From positions 4,313 to 68,312 of IMG/VR virus record IMGVR_UViG_3300011989_000486: a stretch of 64,000 bases of DNA; one strand, 5' to 3'. Below the pieces are notes generated by a model that had not been told where the DNA came from, made no database searches, and saw only the letters and a program-made list of their open reading frames with translations. Below, piece after piece: positions 54,601 through 63,248 of this stretch (its first letter is position 1; each line of letters opens with the position of its first letter). Position numbers and translations under genes: made by a program. The DNA is from a virus (Duplodnaviria > Caudoviricetes).

Positions 54601-54861
54601 CGTCTCACCTGTAAGAGTGGTAGTTCTCCAACCTAGGATATTGTTATATCCGTGCTTGTTAGCGTAGTTAATAAAGCTTCTGAGAGTGATACCTGAACCA
54701 CCGGCAAGTGTGTTGACAAAGGTATCACCTAAATCAGCTTCATTAATCACTGCTGAAACGGCAATAGTTTTAATGCCGTTTTCCACAGGCGTAGACAGCA
54801 TGTTTTTGACTGCTGAACCTACACCTGTGTAAGTGACTCTCTTGGAGGAAAATAAGCCCAT
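51670..54861 (-). CDS. Virion/tail structural protein (N4 gp53-like)
   Basis: MGLFSSK start, KWYQRG followed by hydrophobic Ala/Gly-rich helices. Confidence 0.75.
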   Translation of the reverse strand: MGLFSSKRVTYTGVGSAVKNMLSTPVENGIKTIAVSAVINEADLGDTFVNTLAGGSGITLRSFINYANKHGYNNILGWRTTTLTGETFSNSTAYTKYLGENLYPSSYRTVETEPVVSSETEPQVESWYEGYTHCVVKRFTRTRTHTKTTLSDLRSFQVNIYYQGSNMAFKQLQQVLDNSTKTAEEADAANTQMFDEAFGVGSGTDTEITAVTQTEKPINLIMLNADDDTAPDIEGTVYLCCADALTTEGLIETHEVPQEDGTIVVDPEDITATEIFKREANNMIALAGENTPKYIQDPITALDLNANVSRTQTVNVAIMISAYTDRTYETITPDPITNEDGTVTQPDPVTVLTKAVSHGTWLIGKASIVTSKEEQTVSDKILFAQVQVHHSKTQITDEISTEYSVIETYRDDVLVKTEELEGATHCDSNTEVLEEDEVTHNENYTYGSGNPQLDAILDNTETFTESFAPMMPIKCWDKFSSKKNFGDVYDAERKLYRKLSKKSLNRWDDLVDSFSENNSEEDKFENAIKALHNFGKGGSSSQEDSPKMIYYLPSVPINVDLDFTNEYFYHFFKWIAVNFGGMAPSGKNFRFAMTARHGAALDTDFQFDYNFYLRYQILSGKPPVPCKIHGYARYVVLGSEDKDMTSYQHKGDFNDGNILRTGSYSTVSTDYSFSHAREDYPSLTDAQYKELMKKNQFTVVDNKSGTTSLTLFYRISDGLYERIYLTNFVMGHYIRGMGTRYYLKNSLLKNWTKDAIDDIDPKNNGLSPIIIPIAKGALESMSWYRQTDLLQVCHNIVASTYVKKVVKIKWYQRGFIKVLVQIVAIAVVVVVSVYTGGAAAASASGVIGTVAAGVASAIGAGALCTAVIATMITMALKAIAVLLITKLITYVANKFIGGELGFIIGAIGSIAASWYIGNADFSSWGSFTNYQMTWSAMNTFDGYLRLGDVTLNKFNQYASLKIQDKYNDLQKDTEATRKQIEEYQNTSDAIQYKLMSWTENSWLTDIIKKSSYTPASQQSQSYPLLVESPDTYFSVHMGLDFYSLNRAYIDNFPDITNSMALPA

Positions 54862-55697
54862 TACAGCCCCACGTTAGCCAAATGCTTCTCAAGCTTGGAG
54901 TTGATTTGAGCTGACTGGAATACCGTAGGAGCCACAGTACCTTCATCAACAGATTTCTGAATTGAGAAAGCATCAGCCTGAAGCTTGACAGCGTTGTACT
55001 CGTCACGGCGTTTAAATGACGTAGTCTGCTGAGCCACCAGAGCTTCCTGCTTAACCACAAGGTTAATTTCCTCTCTGGTCTTAGCAGTATTGGCAATGAT
55101 GTTCTCATGCTGAGCCAGCGCATTGCCGTACTGAGCATCTGCAAGACCCAACTGAGCCACAGCACCTGCGTACTGAGCTTTAGTAGTAAGTGCCTGAGCT
55201 TTAGCAATGGCAAGCTCAACCTTGGCTTTGTAGAGATTAACCAGAGCTGCAATAGCCTGAATCTGAGCCAGTAAGCCTTCCCAGTGAGCTTTGTCCTTAG
55301 TAAGCTCAAACTGGATAGCCTGATCCATTGCTTTGCCTAAAAGCTGTACATATGCATTGGCATAGTCAGCTCCCTGGATCCTTTTTTCTTTGACTTCACG
55401 CTCAAGGTGTTTCTGGTAAGCATCCATGAACAAGTCAAATGAACCAGTACCCTCAATGGTGTGAGAGTTGGACTCTTCAAATTTCTGTTTGTCGATATTG
55501 GTGACCGACTCTTTGGTTACAGGCGCAGGAGTCTTCTGTAACTGAGCCAAGAGTTCAGGAGGGATTTTTAGAGCATCATCATTGAAGTCCACATCAGGGA
55601 CGTCAAAGTTAAGTCCTCTGGTAAGTGCATCAAGAAGTTCAAGTGAACGGAGATCGTCTAAGTACTTAGTAGTTTCAGCCATAAAAAAGCCTATCAA
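54861..55697 (-). CDS. Structural protein (N4 gp54-like)
   Basis: GTGSFDLFM, RIQGADYA, SFKR motifs; synteny. Confidence 0.75.
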   Translation of the reverse strand: MIGFFMAETTKYLDDLRSLELLDALTRGLNFDVPDVDFNDDALKIPPELLAQLQKTPAPVTKESVTNIDKQKFEESNSHTIEGTGSFDLFMDAYQKHLEREVKEKRIQGADYANAYVQLLGKAMDQAIQFELTKDKAHWEGLLAQIQAIAALVNLYKAKVELAIAKAQALTTKAQYAGAVAQLGLADAQYGNALAQHENIIANTAKTREEINLVVKQEALVAQQTTSFKRRDEYNAVKLQADAFSIQKSVDEGTVAPTVFQSAQINSKLEKHLANVGL

Positions 55698-55744
55698 TTT
55701 AGTAATAATGAATTGATAGGCTTATTATATTTGGGCTTAAAAAT

Positions 55745-56281
55745 TTACTCTTTAGGATTAAGCCTGCCAGTGGCTTTCTGCTCAGCAGCCAGTTTCTTAA
55801 TCTCAGCTTCAGATAACTGGGGTAAGTCCATTACAGCGTAAGCAGGCATCTCAGTATTCACAGTCTTAGTGTGAGTAAGGCCATCCTGACCTCTGCGACC
55901 ACGCTCAGACCTGTCTACATAAGTAGCTTCTTTTAGAAAATCATAAAGCCACTTGGTAATGTGAATAGGCACATTAAACGGCACAAACCATTTATGCTGA
56001 CCCAGGATAGCATTGCCCAGAGTAAAGAACTGTCCACCTGCATTCTTGTACATAGGCTCAAGGCACTGAACCTGACAGTGAATTAACCTCATCTTCTCAT
56101 CGTAAAGTTTCTGGTAAACAGACTGATGAGCTTCCGCCTCTTCAATAGTCCCCTGCTTTTCAGCCACTTTTTCACGCAGCTTTTCCAGCGAAGTATTTCC
56201 TGAGTAGGTGATACCCATGAGGTCTGCTTTTTTACGCAAAGACTCAAGCTCTGCTTTCTCTTCATCGGTGTAATTAGCCAT
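55745..56281 (-). CDS. N4 gp55-like protein
   Basis: N-terminal LRKKADLMGITYSGN HeH/LEM-like motif; downstream of the capsid gene. Confidence 0.75.
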   Translation of the reverse strand: MANYTDEEKAELESLRKKADLMGITYSGNTSLEKLREKVAEKQGTIEEAEAHQSVYQKLYDEKMRLIHCQVQCLEPMYKNAGGQFFTLGNAILGQHKWFVPFNVPIHITKWLYDFLKEATYVDRSERGRRGQDGLTHTKTVNTEMPAYAVMDLPQLSEAEIKKLAAEQKATGRLNPKE

Positions 56282-56369
56282 AAGTAAATCCTTATAAGGT
56301 AGTGGTAGGAAAAATAAATCCCCATACAGTTTACTATATGGGGATTATTTTTACTGATTTAATCAGTGA

Positions 56370-57611
56370 TTAGATGGGCGCTACGACCTTCAGCAGACCG
56401 ATACGCTCAGGACGAGGAATCATAATACCGTAATACCACAGCATCGAGGTGAAGCCAGTCTCACCGTAAGGGTCATCGCGTGAAGCCGTATCATGACCAG
56501 GCTGCTTGGTAATCATGCGCCATTTGCCGCCTGCACCAGCACCAGTCTCAAAGCCGATGGTAGTGAAAGCGCCTTTGCCAACGCAGAGCATCGGGAAGAC
56601 GTCAAACTTGCCAGCGGTAGACAGATACTTGGAAGTATCCGTAGCAGTAGCGCCAGCCCCAGCCCAGTGCAGCATCTCAGGCACCTGAATGATGCGGAAC
56701 GGACCGACAGCACCAACCTCACCGTTGAGTAAGGTCTTGCCAGCAGCATATTTCTCTTTGCCCACAAAGGCAGGATTGCCAAACGGGTCTTTGAGCAGAC
56801 GCAGCGCACGCACCAGCTCCTTGCCGCAGTACAGCACACGCGTAGAGTCAACAGTCTTGGTATCAACCATGCGAGTGCCAGTAATGATAGTCGTCTCTTC
56901 AGGAGTCTTGTTCTCAGTGAGCTCCTCATCCAGACGCATAAGCATGTCATACGTAAGCACGGACGGAGTAGCACCGTCACCAGTGACCTCTGAGTCTTTG
57001 GTAGCCGCACCGCCATACATCACAGTACCAGCGCCTTTAAGCAGGTCTGACTGGATCATGGCTTCATTGAGCTGATGAGCCATGTTCATCAGTTCAGTGA
57101 CGCAGTGCTGAGCCAGCTCCTCATCGGAGTCAAACTCACGGGATTCACGAGACCACTCGTAAAACACGCCGTACTTGGCGAAAGTGCCAGTGATTAAGCC
57201 ACGGGAGAAACCGATACGGTTGTAGCGACCGCCGTTCTCACCGAGAGTAGGAAGCGCACCCTGAATAGTCGTAATGTCACGGGATGAACCGTAGAGATTG
57301 CCATTCTTAATCTGGACACCGTTAGCATCAATGCCCTGATCATTGATATTCCGATCATCCAGTACTGGGAAGTAGTGATACTGCTTCAGCTCTTTGCCAA
57401 AGTGCTTCGGCATCGTAGTGGTATCAGCAAGCTGCCCGAAAAACTCTTTCTTGCGAGTCTCAACGAGAGCTTTCTTAATCCACTTAAAGGTCTGAAGCTG
57501 GGTTGCATTGGACTGGTAGTCAATGGACGACTTGCCAGAATCATCCCCGGTATAACCAGGGTCATAGTTGATGACGGTCTTGCCGCCATTATTAACGTAG
57601 GTATCTGCCAT
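56370..57611 (-). CDS. Major capsid protein (N4 gp56-like)
   Basis: MPKHFGK, GALPTLGENGGRYNR, DPYGETG, RPERI. Confidence 0.95.
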   Translation of the reverse strand: MADTYVNNGGKTVINYDPGYTGDDSGKSSIDYQSNATQLQTFKWIKKALVETRKKEFFGQLADTTTMPKHFGKELKQYHYFPVLDDRNINDQGIDANGVQIKNGNLYGSSRDITTIQGALPTLGENGGRYNRIGFSRGLITGTFAKYGVFYEWSRESREFDSDEELAQHCVTELMNMAHQLNEAMIQSDLLKGAGTVMYGGAATKDSEVTGDGATPSVLTYDMLMRLDEELTENKTPEETTIITGTRMVDTKTVDSTRVLYCGKELVRALRLLKDPFGNPAFVGKEKYAAGKTLLNGEVGAVGPFRIIQVPEMLHWAGAGATATDTSKYLSTAGKFDVFPMLCVGKGAFTTIGFETGAGAGGKWRMITKQPGHDTASRDDPYGETGFTSMLWYYGIMIPRPERIGLLKVVAPI

Positions 57612-57629
57612 TTTCTCTGTTTTCCATAA

Positions 57630-58835
57630 TTAAAGTCTGCCGTCAAACTGCTTGAGGAACTCATCATCAGGCATGTCAAACGGACTGACATTTCTGGTTG
57701 TCCTGACAGCTTTGGATCTAGGAGAAACTCCAGCACTCCGTACTCTGTCAGATACATTGGCTCCGTTCTTAACAGAGCCTAGTCGTTGATGGAATGAGGG
57801 TGCTGTGGCAGAGCCAGATGGCTGGTTATTACCAGCTTGACCTGACTGTTGAAGTAATGAATTGCCTACGGTCCTGTATGCTTCCAAAAAAGTTGTGTTA
57901 GGGGCAATATTACCCAACATTTTCTGGTGGGCAATTTCGTCCTTGATCACATTATATAAACTTTTGTTATTTCCGACCATTATGTGCTGATGCTCATAAA
58001 GCGTTTTCAGCAGGTCAGGTTCTTTTAAAAAATAATTCTGAGAGTCTATATCCAGGTCATTTACTAAGGAGTCATAACACTTCTTGCCGTCAGGCTGCTG
58101 GAACAGATCACTTACTCTGTCCCTCAGAGCCAAAGCAGCATCAGACTCCATATGCGTCTGAGGCTGGTAATGGACTTCCTCAGTGGTGTCTATGTCGTAA
58201 GGGTTAATCTTGTGGTCAGCAAAATATTTCTTAATGGCTTCAGTATTGCCTTTCTTTAAATCCACCATGAAGGTGAGATCGTCATCAGAAATATTCTCTC
58301 GTTTAAGCAGGTCAATCTGCTTGCGATACTGAGCCAGCTGCTGAGTCTTGTAGAGATAGTCAACACCCTGAGACATGAGAGTCTTAACTTCATCTATGTT
58401 ACGGGGAGTAAAGTTATGACCTCTAGCCCATAAAGGCTTTAGCAAATCTTTATAGGCGTTCTCATAGTCTTCAGGAGTAAGGTTCTCAGTCTGTGCCTTG
58501 ATATTAGCGTCTACCTGAGCCTGCTCTTCAGGTGACAGGTTACGGTCAACCTGATGGCGCTTGCGAGATTTAGGCTTGGCTTCAGGTTCAGGCTTTACTT
58601 CTTTTTCTTCGGCATGAGCTTTTTCAAACTCATCGTCAGGCATATCAAGCACGCTTTCTTCAGGAGTTTTAGATCTTGAGTCAGCCGTTGCTTCAGGCTC
58701 TGAACCAGACTGAGTGTCATTAGTGTTTTCAGGAACGTCAGACTCTGTCTGAGCTTCAGGCGCAGGAGACTGAACAGGCTCCTGATTCTCGGTAGTAATT
58801 TCAGTATTTTCATCATTAGTAGTGGTATCGGACAT
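57630..58835 (-). CDS. N4 gp57-like protein (scaffold/'tape measure')
   Basis: Acidic N-terminus, LMSQGVDY..K, MPDDEF repeated at both ends. Confidence 0.8.
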   Translation of the reverse strand: MSDTTTNDENTEITTENQEPVQSPAPEAQTESDVPENTNDTQSGSEPEATADSRSKTPEESVLDMPDDEFEKAHAEEKEVKPEPEAKPKSRKRHQVDRNLSPEEQAQVDANIKAQTENLTPEDYENAYKDLLKPLWARGHNFTPRNIDEVKTLMSQGVDYLYKTQQLAQYRKQIDLLKRENISDDDLTFMVDLKKGNTEAIKKYFADHKINPYDIDTTEEVHYQPQTHMESDAALALRDRVSDLFQQPDGKKCYDSLVNDLDIDSQNYFLKEPDLLKTLYEHQHIMVGNNKSLYNVIKDEIAHQKMLGNIAPNTTFLEAYRTVGNSLLQQSGQAGNNQPSGSATAPSFHQRLGSVKNGANVSDRVRSAGVSPRSKAVRTTRNVSPFDMPDDEFLKQFDGRL

Positions 58836-58838
58836 TTG

Positions 58839-59171
58839 TTAATCCTCAGTTTCTAATTTGACAATCTCAGCATCTATCTCCGAGATGTGCTGAGTTGCAT
58901 CGTCAGCAATAGCGTGAAGGTTCTTCAGGTAGGCATTGGTTCTGACCAAAGCTTTAAGCAGCTTCCTGCTTTTACCCTGGTAAGCATCTTCATAGTTCAA
59001 ACCAAAAGAAAATTCACTGTGGCGAAGCACCATGTCTTTAAAAAGAAAATCGGATAACAGCTTGTAGTCCTTATTCTTCTCAAGTCTGGCTAGTGCTTCG
59101 CTGACTTCAATAATGTGCAGTTCCTGATTCTTCTGCTCTCGCAGAGCATCAATAGATGCATTGTTACTCAT
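58839..59171 (-). CDS. N4 gp58-like protein
   Basis: ALARLEKNKDYKLL motif between gp57-like gene and portal. Confidence 0.7.
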   Translation of the reverse strand: MSNNASIDALREQKNQELHIIEVSEALARLEKNKDYKLLSDFLFKDMVLRHSEFSFGLNYEDAYQGKSRKLLKALVRTNAYLKNLHAIADDATQHISEIDAEIVKLETED

Positions 59172-61438
59172 CAGTAAAGCCCTCCATTAGGGTTTGGGTT
59201 GTTATTCTGCATTGCTGCTAACTGAGCTAATTGCTGTTGTCGCTGCAATTCTTGCTGTTCAGCAGCTTTGCGTCTGTCCTCCGCAGCCTGGATCTTTCTG
59301 TCAGCCGCTGCCTGATAAGCTTTACGGGCTAACTTCCAGCCGATAGCTGCATCTGGATTCGGTTTAAATTCACCTGCTTTAACAGGAGCCATCATGGACT
59401 TGGCGATCTCAAGATCCATATTGCCTTCAGCCTGAGCCTGCTGTTTGTCCATCTCCTGCTGATGCTTAGTGCCGTTGGCAGTAAGCTCGTTATCAATCTG
59501 CTGACCCTGTGCATTGGCAGATTCTTTCTCAGCACGAGAGCTGTTAAGCTCAACCTCAGAACGAAGCTTCTCAACTTCAAGCTTCTTCTTCTCTTCCTCA
59601 ATAGGATCAGGCTGCGGCTGCCAGGTTTTGAAGTCTTGAGCCAAGTCAGGGATGTCTTTAAGATCTGCAATCTTACTCATAGCTTTCATGAGAATGTCAG
59701 GCGGCATGTTCGGACCGATGGTCTGTAACATAAAACCGATGTCCTGAGCTTTGGCGTTCTGTGATTCTGGGGTGTAAATAGCTACTTTGAGGTCAAAGTT
59801 GCCTTTGATATCCTCACGTTTGATAGGTACAAACTGGTCATTGGTAGTACGGACTACTTCTTCCTCTGAGAGGAACAGCGCGTTGTACGCTACGAACTTT
59901 TTACCGATATCAGACAAGCCGTCAGCGATGTTGTAGAGAATATCCATCTCACGCTTACCGCTGGCATCAAGCACACCCTGAACACCAGTAGCTACTTGCC
60001 CGTAAGTATCTCCATTAAGACCTTGTGAAAAGGCTTTAACACCAGTCAGAGCTTCAGCTTCATTGTTTACAAGCTGTAGCATTGCCATTGCCGACTGAGG
60101 AAACTCAGGGAACGTATGCATGATGTAGCCCTGTTGCGGACTGGTTCCTGTATTGAACTCATAGTCTTCACCGTTTTCAAAACGGCGCTTGTTCATAGGA
60201 TCTAACATGCCTTTGACAAAGCCTTGCTGTGAATTAGCAGACTTAGCCAGTAAATCAACCATGCCTCTGGTTACAGCACCACAGATACGTTGATGCTCTT
60301 CAAGCAACTCAGCATCTGGCTCACCATAGAGCTGTCTGGGCACAGTTAAATAAGGAATGACAACGAAAGGCGGTTTCTCATCAGGGAAAGGATTTTCCTC
60401 AAGGCGGATCATGGTGTCATTGATCCAGGTAGCCACAATAGGAACCAAGGTGTCATTCTTATTTATATCCCAGTAGCCCCAGTACTCATAAGCAACCTGT
60501 TTACGCCTGAGCGAGTCTCCAATATTGGAGTTGTACTCACTCGGTGTAGATGATTCATGGTCTGGATCTGACAGCGGATCTGATGACTTCCAGTCAACCT
60601 TGTCGAGGTTCTTGTAAATGCCAGCTTTGATGAGGTCTGCTTTGGTGGTTTCAAATGACTGAATAATGAACATGCAGTCATCAATGTTGTCTTCAACCGT
60701 AGGATCAAAGAAGACATTGGAAGGATTGAGTATCTCAATGGTCGGGTGATTTTCAATCACCTTGTTATAAGGGACTTCCTGATACTCTCCAGTAGGCACG
60801 CAAAGCACAGGCGAACCCATTTCCTCAGTGGCTTTTACTGATTCCTGCAAGTCTTCAGGAACGGTCTCGTTAAAGCCTCTGGGATTGGATTTCTTTAAGT
60901 CAGCTGCCTGCTGTAGCTGCTGCAAGATCTGCTGAGCCGACTGGTCATTGGGATCTATCGGAACGGTGTTGTAGAGAGGAACCTGCTGAATGGCTGGCTC
61001 AGTGATGTTTTTCCAGCCTGTCCTGACAATGGCAGTGCCTTCATTGACTACGATACGAACCAGGTTCTTGATGAACTTAGTCTTGTTGAGATAAGTCTCA
61101 AGCTGGTAATTCAGCAGTATCTCATTTTGATGTGCAGCATCTACATCTTCAAAAGTGCGAGGTTTTACCTGGAACACTTTGGCTGCTGAGAGGAACGGTA
61201 CAGTTAAGGCAGAGTATCTCCACTCTGCCTGTTTGCGTATCAGTTTCGGCTGTACGTTAGACCGCCCTTTGATTTTCTTAGGTGCACACTCACCAGTAAC
61301 ATTAAGCAGATTTACCCAATGCTTAATCTTTTGCATCTGTAAATCATGAGTGGCTCTGGCTGATTCCAAGTCTTTACGTAAATCAGCTACTGACGGTTCA
61401 TTTGCCCAGTCAGTTATCTTGTCTTGAGTCTGCATCAT
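59171..61438 (-). CDS. Portal protein (N4 gp59-like)
   Basis: WANEPS, GRSNVQPKLIRKQAEWRY, ENPFPDEKPPF, EALTGVKAF. Confidence 0.95.
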   Translation of the reverse strand: MMQTQDKITDWANEPSVADLRKDLESARATHDLQMQKIKHWVNLLNVTGECAPKKIKGRSNVQPKLIRKQAEWRYSALTVPFLSAAKVFQVKPRTFEDVDAAHQNEILLNYQLETYLNKTKFIKNLVRIVVNEGTAIVRTGWKNITEPAIQQVPLYNTVPIDPNDQSAQQILQQLQQAADLKKSNPRGFNETVPEDLQESVKATEEMGSPVLCVPTGEYQEVPYNKVIENHPTIEILNPSNVFFDPTVEDNIDDCMFIIQSFETTKADLIKAGIYKNLDKVDWKSSDPLSDPDHESSTPSEYNSNIGDSLRRKQVAYEYWGYWDINKNDTLVPIVATWINDTMIRLEENPFPDEKPPFVVIPYLTVPRQLYGEPDAELLEEHQRICGAVTRGMVDLLAKSANSQQGFVKGMLDPMNKRRFENGEDYEFNTGTSPQQGYIMHTFPEFPQSAMAMLQLVNNEAEALTGVKAFSQGLNGDTYGQVATGVQGVLDASGKREMDILYNIADGLSDIGKKFVAYNALFLSEEEVVRTTNDQFVPIKREDIKGNFDLKVAIYTPESQNAKAQDIGFMLQTIGPNMPPDILMKAMSKIADLKDIPDLAQDFKTWQPQPDPIEEEKKKLEVEKLRSEVELNSSRAEKESANAQGQQIDNELTANGTKHQQEMDKQQAQAEGNMDLEIAKSMMAPVKAGEFKPNPDAAIGWKLARKAYQAAADRKIQAAEDRRKAAEQQELQRQQQLAQLAAMQNNNPNPNGGLY

Positions 61439-61958
61439 TCTGTCCTAAAAGTTTTAGTTCTTCTCCGAGGGTACGGAGCTGGCTGTCACGGAGTTCAATA
61501 AGGTTTCTGAGCTCTGTAACCAGTCGTCTGCCTTCTGTAAGCTTTCGGTCGAGTCTGGCTGCGTGAGCTGCAAGAGAGCCAACGGAACATGCGGAGCCTC
61601 TGGACATTTGTTCATAAACACGGGCACGATTTTCTGACTGGCGCAGCCTGTCAGAGTAAGCACGCTCAACAGCACTAAGCTGAGACAGATAAGTCTCTTT
61701 CTCTTTAGAAGCCCTGAGAGTAAGTTCTTCAGCCTGCTGCTGATACTTGCGTTCACGTTCACGATATTCATCTTCTAATTGCTGGCTCTTGGTTTCCTGC
61801 TCACTGAGTATTTGGTCGTACTCTGCTTTGCAGTCGTTATAGCCAATGGAGTAAATGCGCTGATAAATGAAATAACCAGAAATAGAAAGACTCCCCAGTA
61901 TCAGAACAAAGGAGATAACAAGAAACTGAGGAGTAAATGATTTAAATGGGTTAATCAT
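61410..61958 (-). CDS. Rz: Inner-membrane spanin
   Basis: N-terminal TM followed by coiled coil; contains a nested lipoprotein gene. Confidence 0.85.
   Translation of the reverse strand: MINPFKSFTPQFLVISFVLILGSLSISGYFIYQRIYSIGYNDCKAEYDQILSEQETKSQQLEDEYRERERKYQQQAEELTLRASKEKETYLSQLSAVERAYSDRLRQSENRARVYEQMSRGSACSVGSLAAHAARLDRKLTEGRRLVTELRNLIELRDSQLRTLGEELKLLGQNDADSRQDN
61454..61771 (-). CDS. Rz1: Outer-membrane spanin lipoprotein nested in Rz
   Basis: Basic stretch, hydrophobic signal, lipobox LTGC, Pro-containing mature part; alternative frame inside Rz. Confidence 0.85.
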   Translation of the reverse strand: MNIVNVNASISSRLKNLLSGLLKRKRLICLSLVLLSVLTLTGCASQKIVPVFMNKCPEAPHVPLALLQLTQPDSTESLQKADDWLQSSETLLNSVTASSVPSEKN

Positions 61959-62314
61959 TATTTTGGTTTAGGAGTATTCCTGTTATTAGCCGATTCAAGC
62001 AGATTATATAGTAATGCTCTAATATTTCCGCGATTAAGTCTTAAACCAATAGTTACAATTCTTGAGCCAAGATTACCCACCAATATATTGAATAAAACAG
62101 CGTGCATAGGGGACACACCTAGATCGGTTACTAGGTACAAATACATAAAAGCCCCAATAAAAATTGCTGTAAGAGAATCTACCAGATAGAATTTAATATG
62201 GAGCTTACCTCTTTTGTATAGTTCACCGTATCTGATGGAACATCCACCAAATGCAGTAAACATGCCGAGAAGCAGCTCTTTATTGCTTAAAACAAATTCC
62301 ATTAAGTAATTCAT
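61958..62314 (-). CDS. Putative holin
   Basis: 118 aa, about 3 TM helices, basic C-terminus, upstream of spanins. Confidence 0.7.
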   Translation of the reverse strand: MNYLMEFVLSNKELLLGMFTAFGGCSIRYGELYKRGKLHIKFYLVDSLTAIFIGAFMYLYLVTDLGVSPMHAVLFNILVGNLGSRIVTIGLRLNRGNIRALLYNLLESANNRNTPKPK

Positions 62315-62386
62315 AGATATAAGCCATGAAATAGACTTCTGGAATTATATCAAGAATAAAAATTTATTCTTTGAGGACTACTACTT

Positions 62387-62827
62387 ATGCTGTTATACGC
62401 TAAAGACGAAGGAGCCAAGGAGTTATTCAAGGCTCATGAGTTGGATGCTGGTTTTGATATCGCCATGCCTAAAGACTACAAGTGCAGACCGCAGTACGTG
62501 CACATGATTGACACTGGCATTCACATTCATCTTGAGCCAGATGAGCTGGCTTTTGTACTGCCCAGAAGCTCTACTGCGTTCTTAGGTTTAATCGTTCTTA
62601 CAGGTACTATTGACGCTGGTTACACGGGAAGTCTGAAGATCCAAGTGATGAACCCGTTTAATCGCTGGAAGCGCCTTAAAGAAGGTCAGCGAATTGCTCA
62701 GTTGGTAGTAATCAAAAACAGCAGAAGTAAGCAGGCTGTAAAGCTGTTAGATTCACCTGATTTACTGCCTAGTAATCAGGAGAAGTCCTCTCGTGGTATT
62801 TTTGGATTTGGTTCTTCTGGTAAATAA
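62387..62827 (+). CDS. dut: Trimeric dUTPase
   Basis: AGFD, PRSS, GTIDAGYTG, RIAQLV, RGIFGFGSSG motifs. Confidence 0.95.
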   Translation: MLLYAKDEGAKELFKAHELDAGFDIAMPKDYKCRPQYVHMIDTGIHIHLEPDELAFVLPRSSTAFLGLIVLTGTIDAGYTGSLKIQVMNPFNRWKRLKEGQRIAQLVVIKNSRSKQAVKLLDSPDLLPSNQEKSSRGIFGFGSSGK

Positions 62828-62830
62828 ATA

Positions 62831-62859
62831 TTGACATAAAGCATAACTGGCTTTATGTT
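62831..62859 (+). promoter_or_regulatory. Sigma70-type promoter with overlapping inverted repeat
   Basis: TTGACA-17 nt-TATGTT; ACATAAAGC/GCTTTATGT inverted repeat at 62834-62858. Confidence 0.7.
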
Positions 62860-62933
62860 GAGCGTATCGGCAATGACCGATACAAATATAAAAAATCTAC
62901 CACTGCTTACCGTTATAAAAATAGGAAACTACG

Positions 62934-63143
62934 ATGGACGAGTTGACCAAGGTTGTTGATCAGATCCGTGAGGAACTTACCGATGAGGACTTCTTCAAGG
63001 ATTTAGAGCTGTGTCTTAAAGGCAATAAATCTGCTGGCTTACGCTGCCGTAAGAAGACTGTAGATTTAACCAAGCTCTTTAAGACTTTCCGTAAGCTCTC
63101 TGTAAATGCTAACAAGGCTCTTAAAGCAGAGCCTGTGGAGTAA
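62934..63143 (+). CDS. Histone H1-like Hc1-family nucleoid protein
   Basis: GNKSAGLRCRKKTVDLTKLFKTFRKLS matches the Hc1-family pattern GNK(A/S)A..R.R..S..L.K..K.FRK.S (from recall). Confidence 0.75.
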   Translation: MDELTKVVDQIREELTDEDFFKDLELCLKGNKSAGLRCRKKTVDLTKLFKTFRKLSVNANKALKAEPVE

Positions 63144-63163
63144 GTGTCTTAATAATTAATTTC

Positions 63164-63191
63164 ATTTGGACCTCCTGATACAACCCTCAAA
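63164..63191 (+). terminator. Intrinsic terminator
   Basis: AACCCTCAAAGC-GTAA-GTTTTGGGGGTT then T-rich. Confidence 0.65.
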
Positions 63192-63248
63192 GCGTAAGTT
63201 TTGGGGGTTATTTTATAATTAGAAATCATTATTATTAAGGATCACGTA

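Noticed and set aside
54770-57757. Several long overlapping or antisense ORFs across the gp54-like and capsid genes
   Set aside because: Expected shadows of strongly biased, highly expressed genes; no starts or motifs.
58819-58827. TACCACTAC copy at the start of the gp57-like gene
   Set aside because: Lies inside coding sequence (D-T-T-T codons), so it is not counted as a leader motif.
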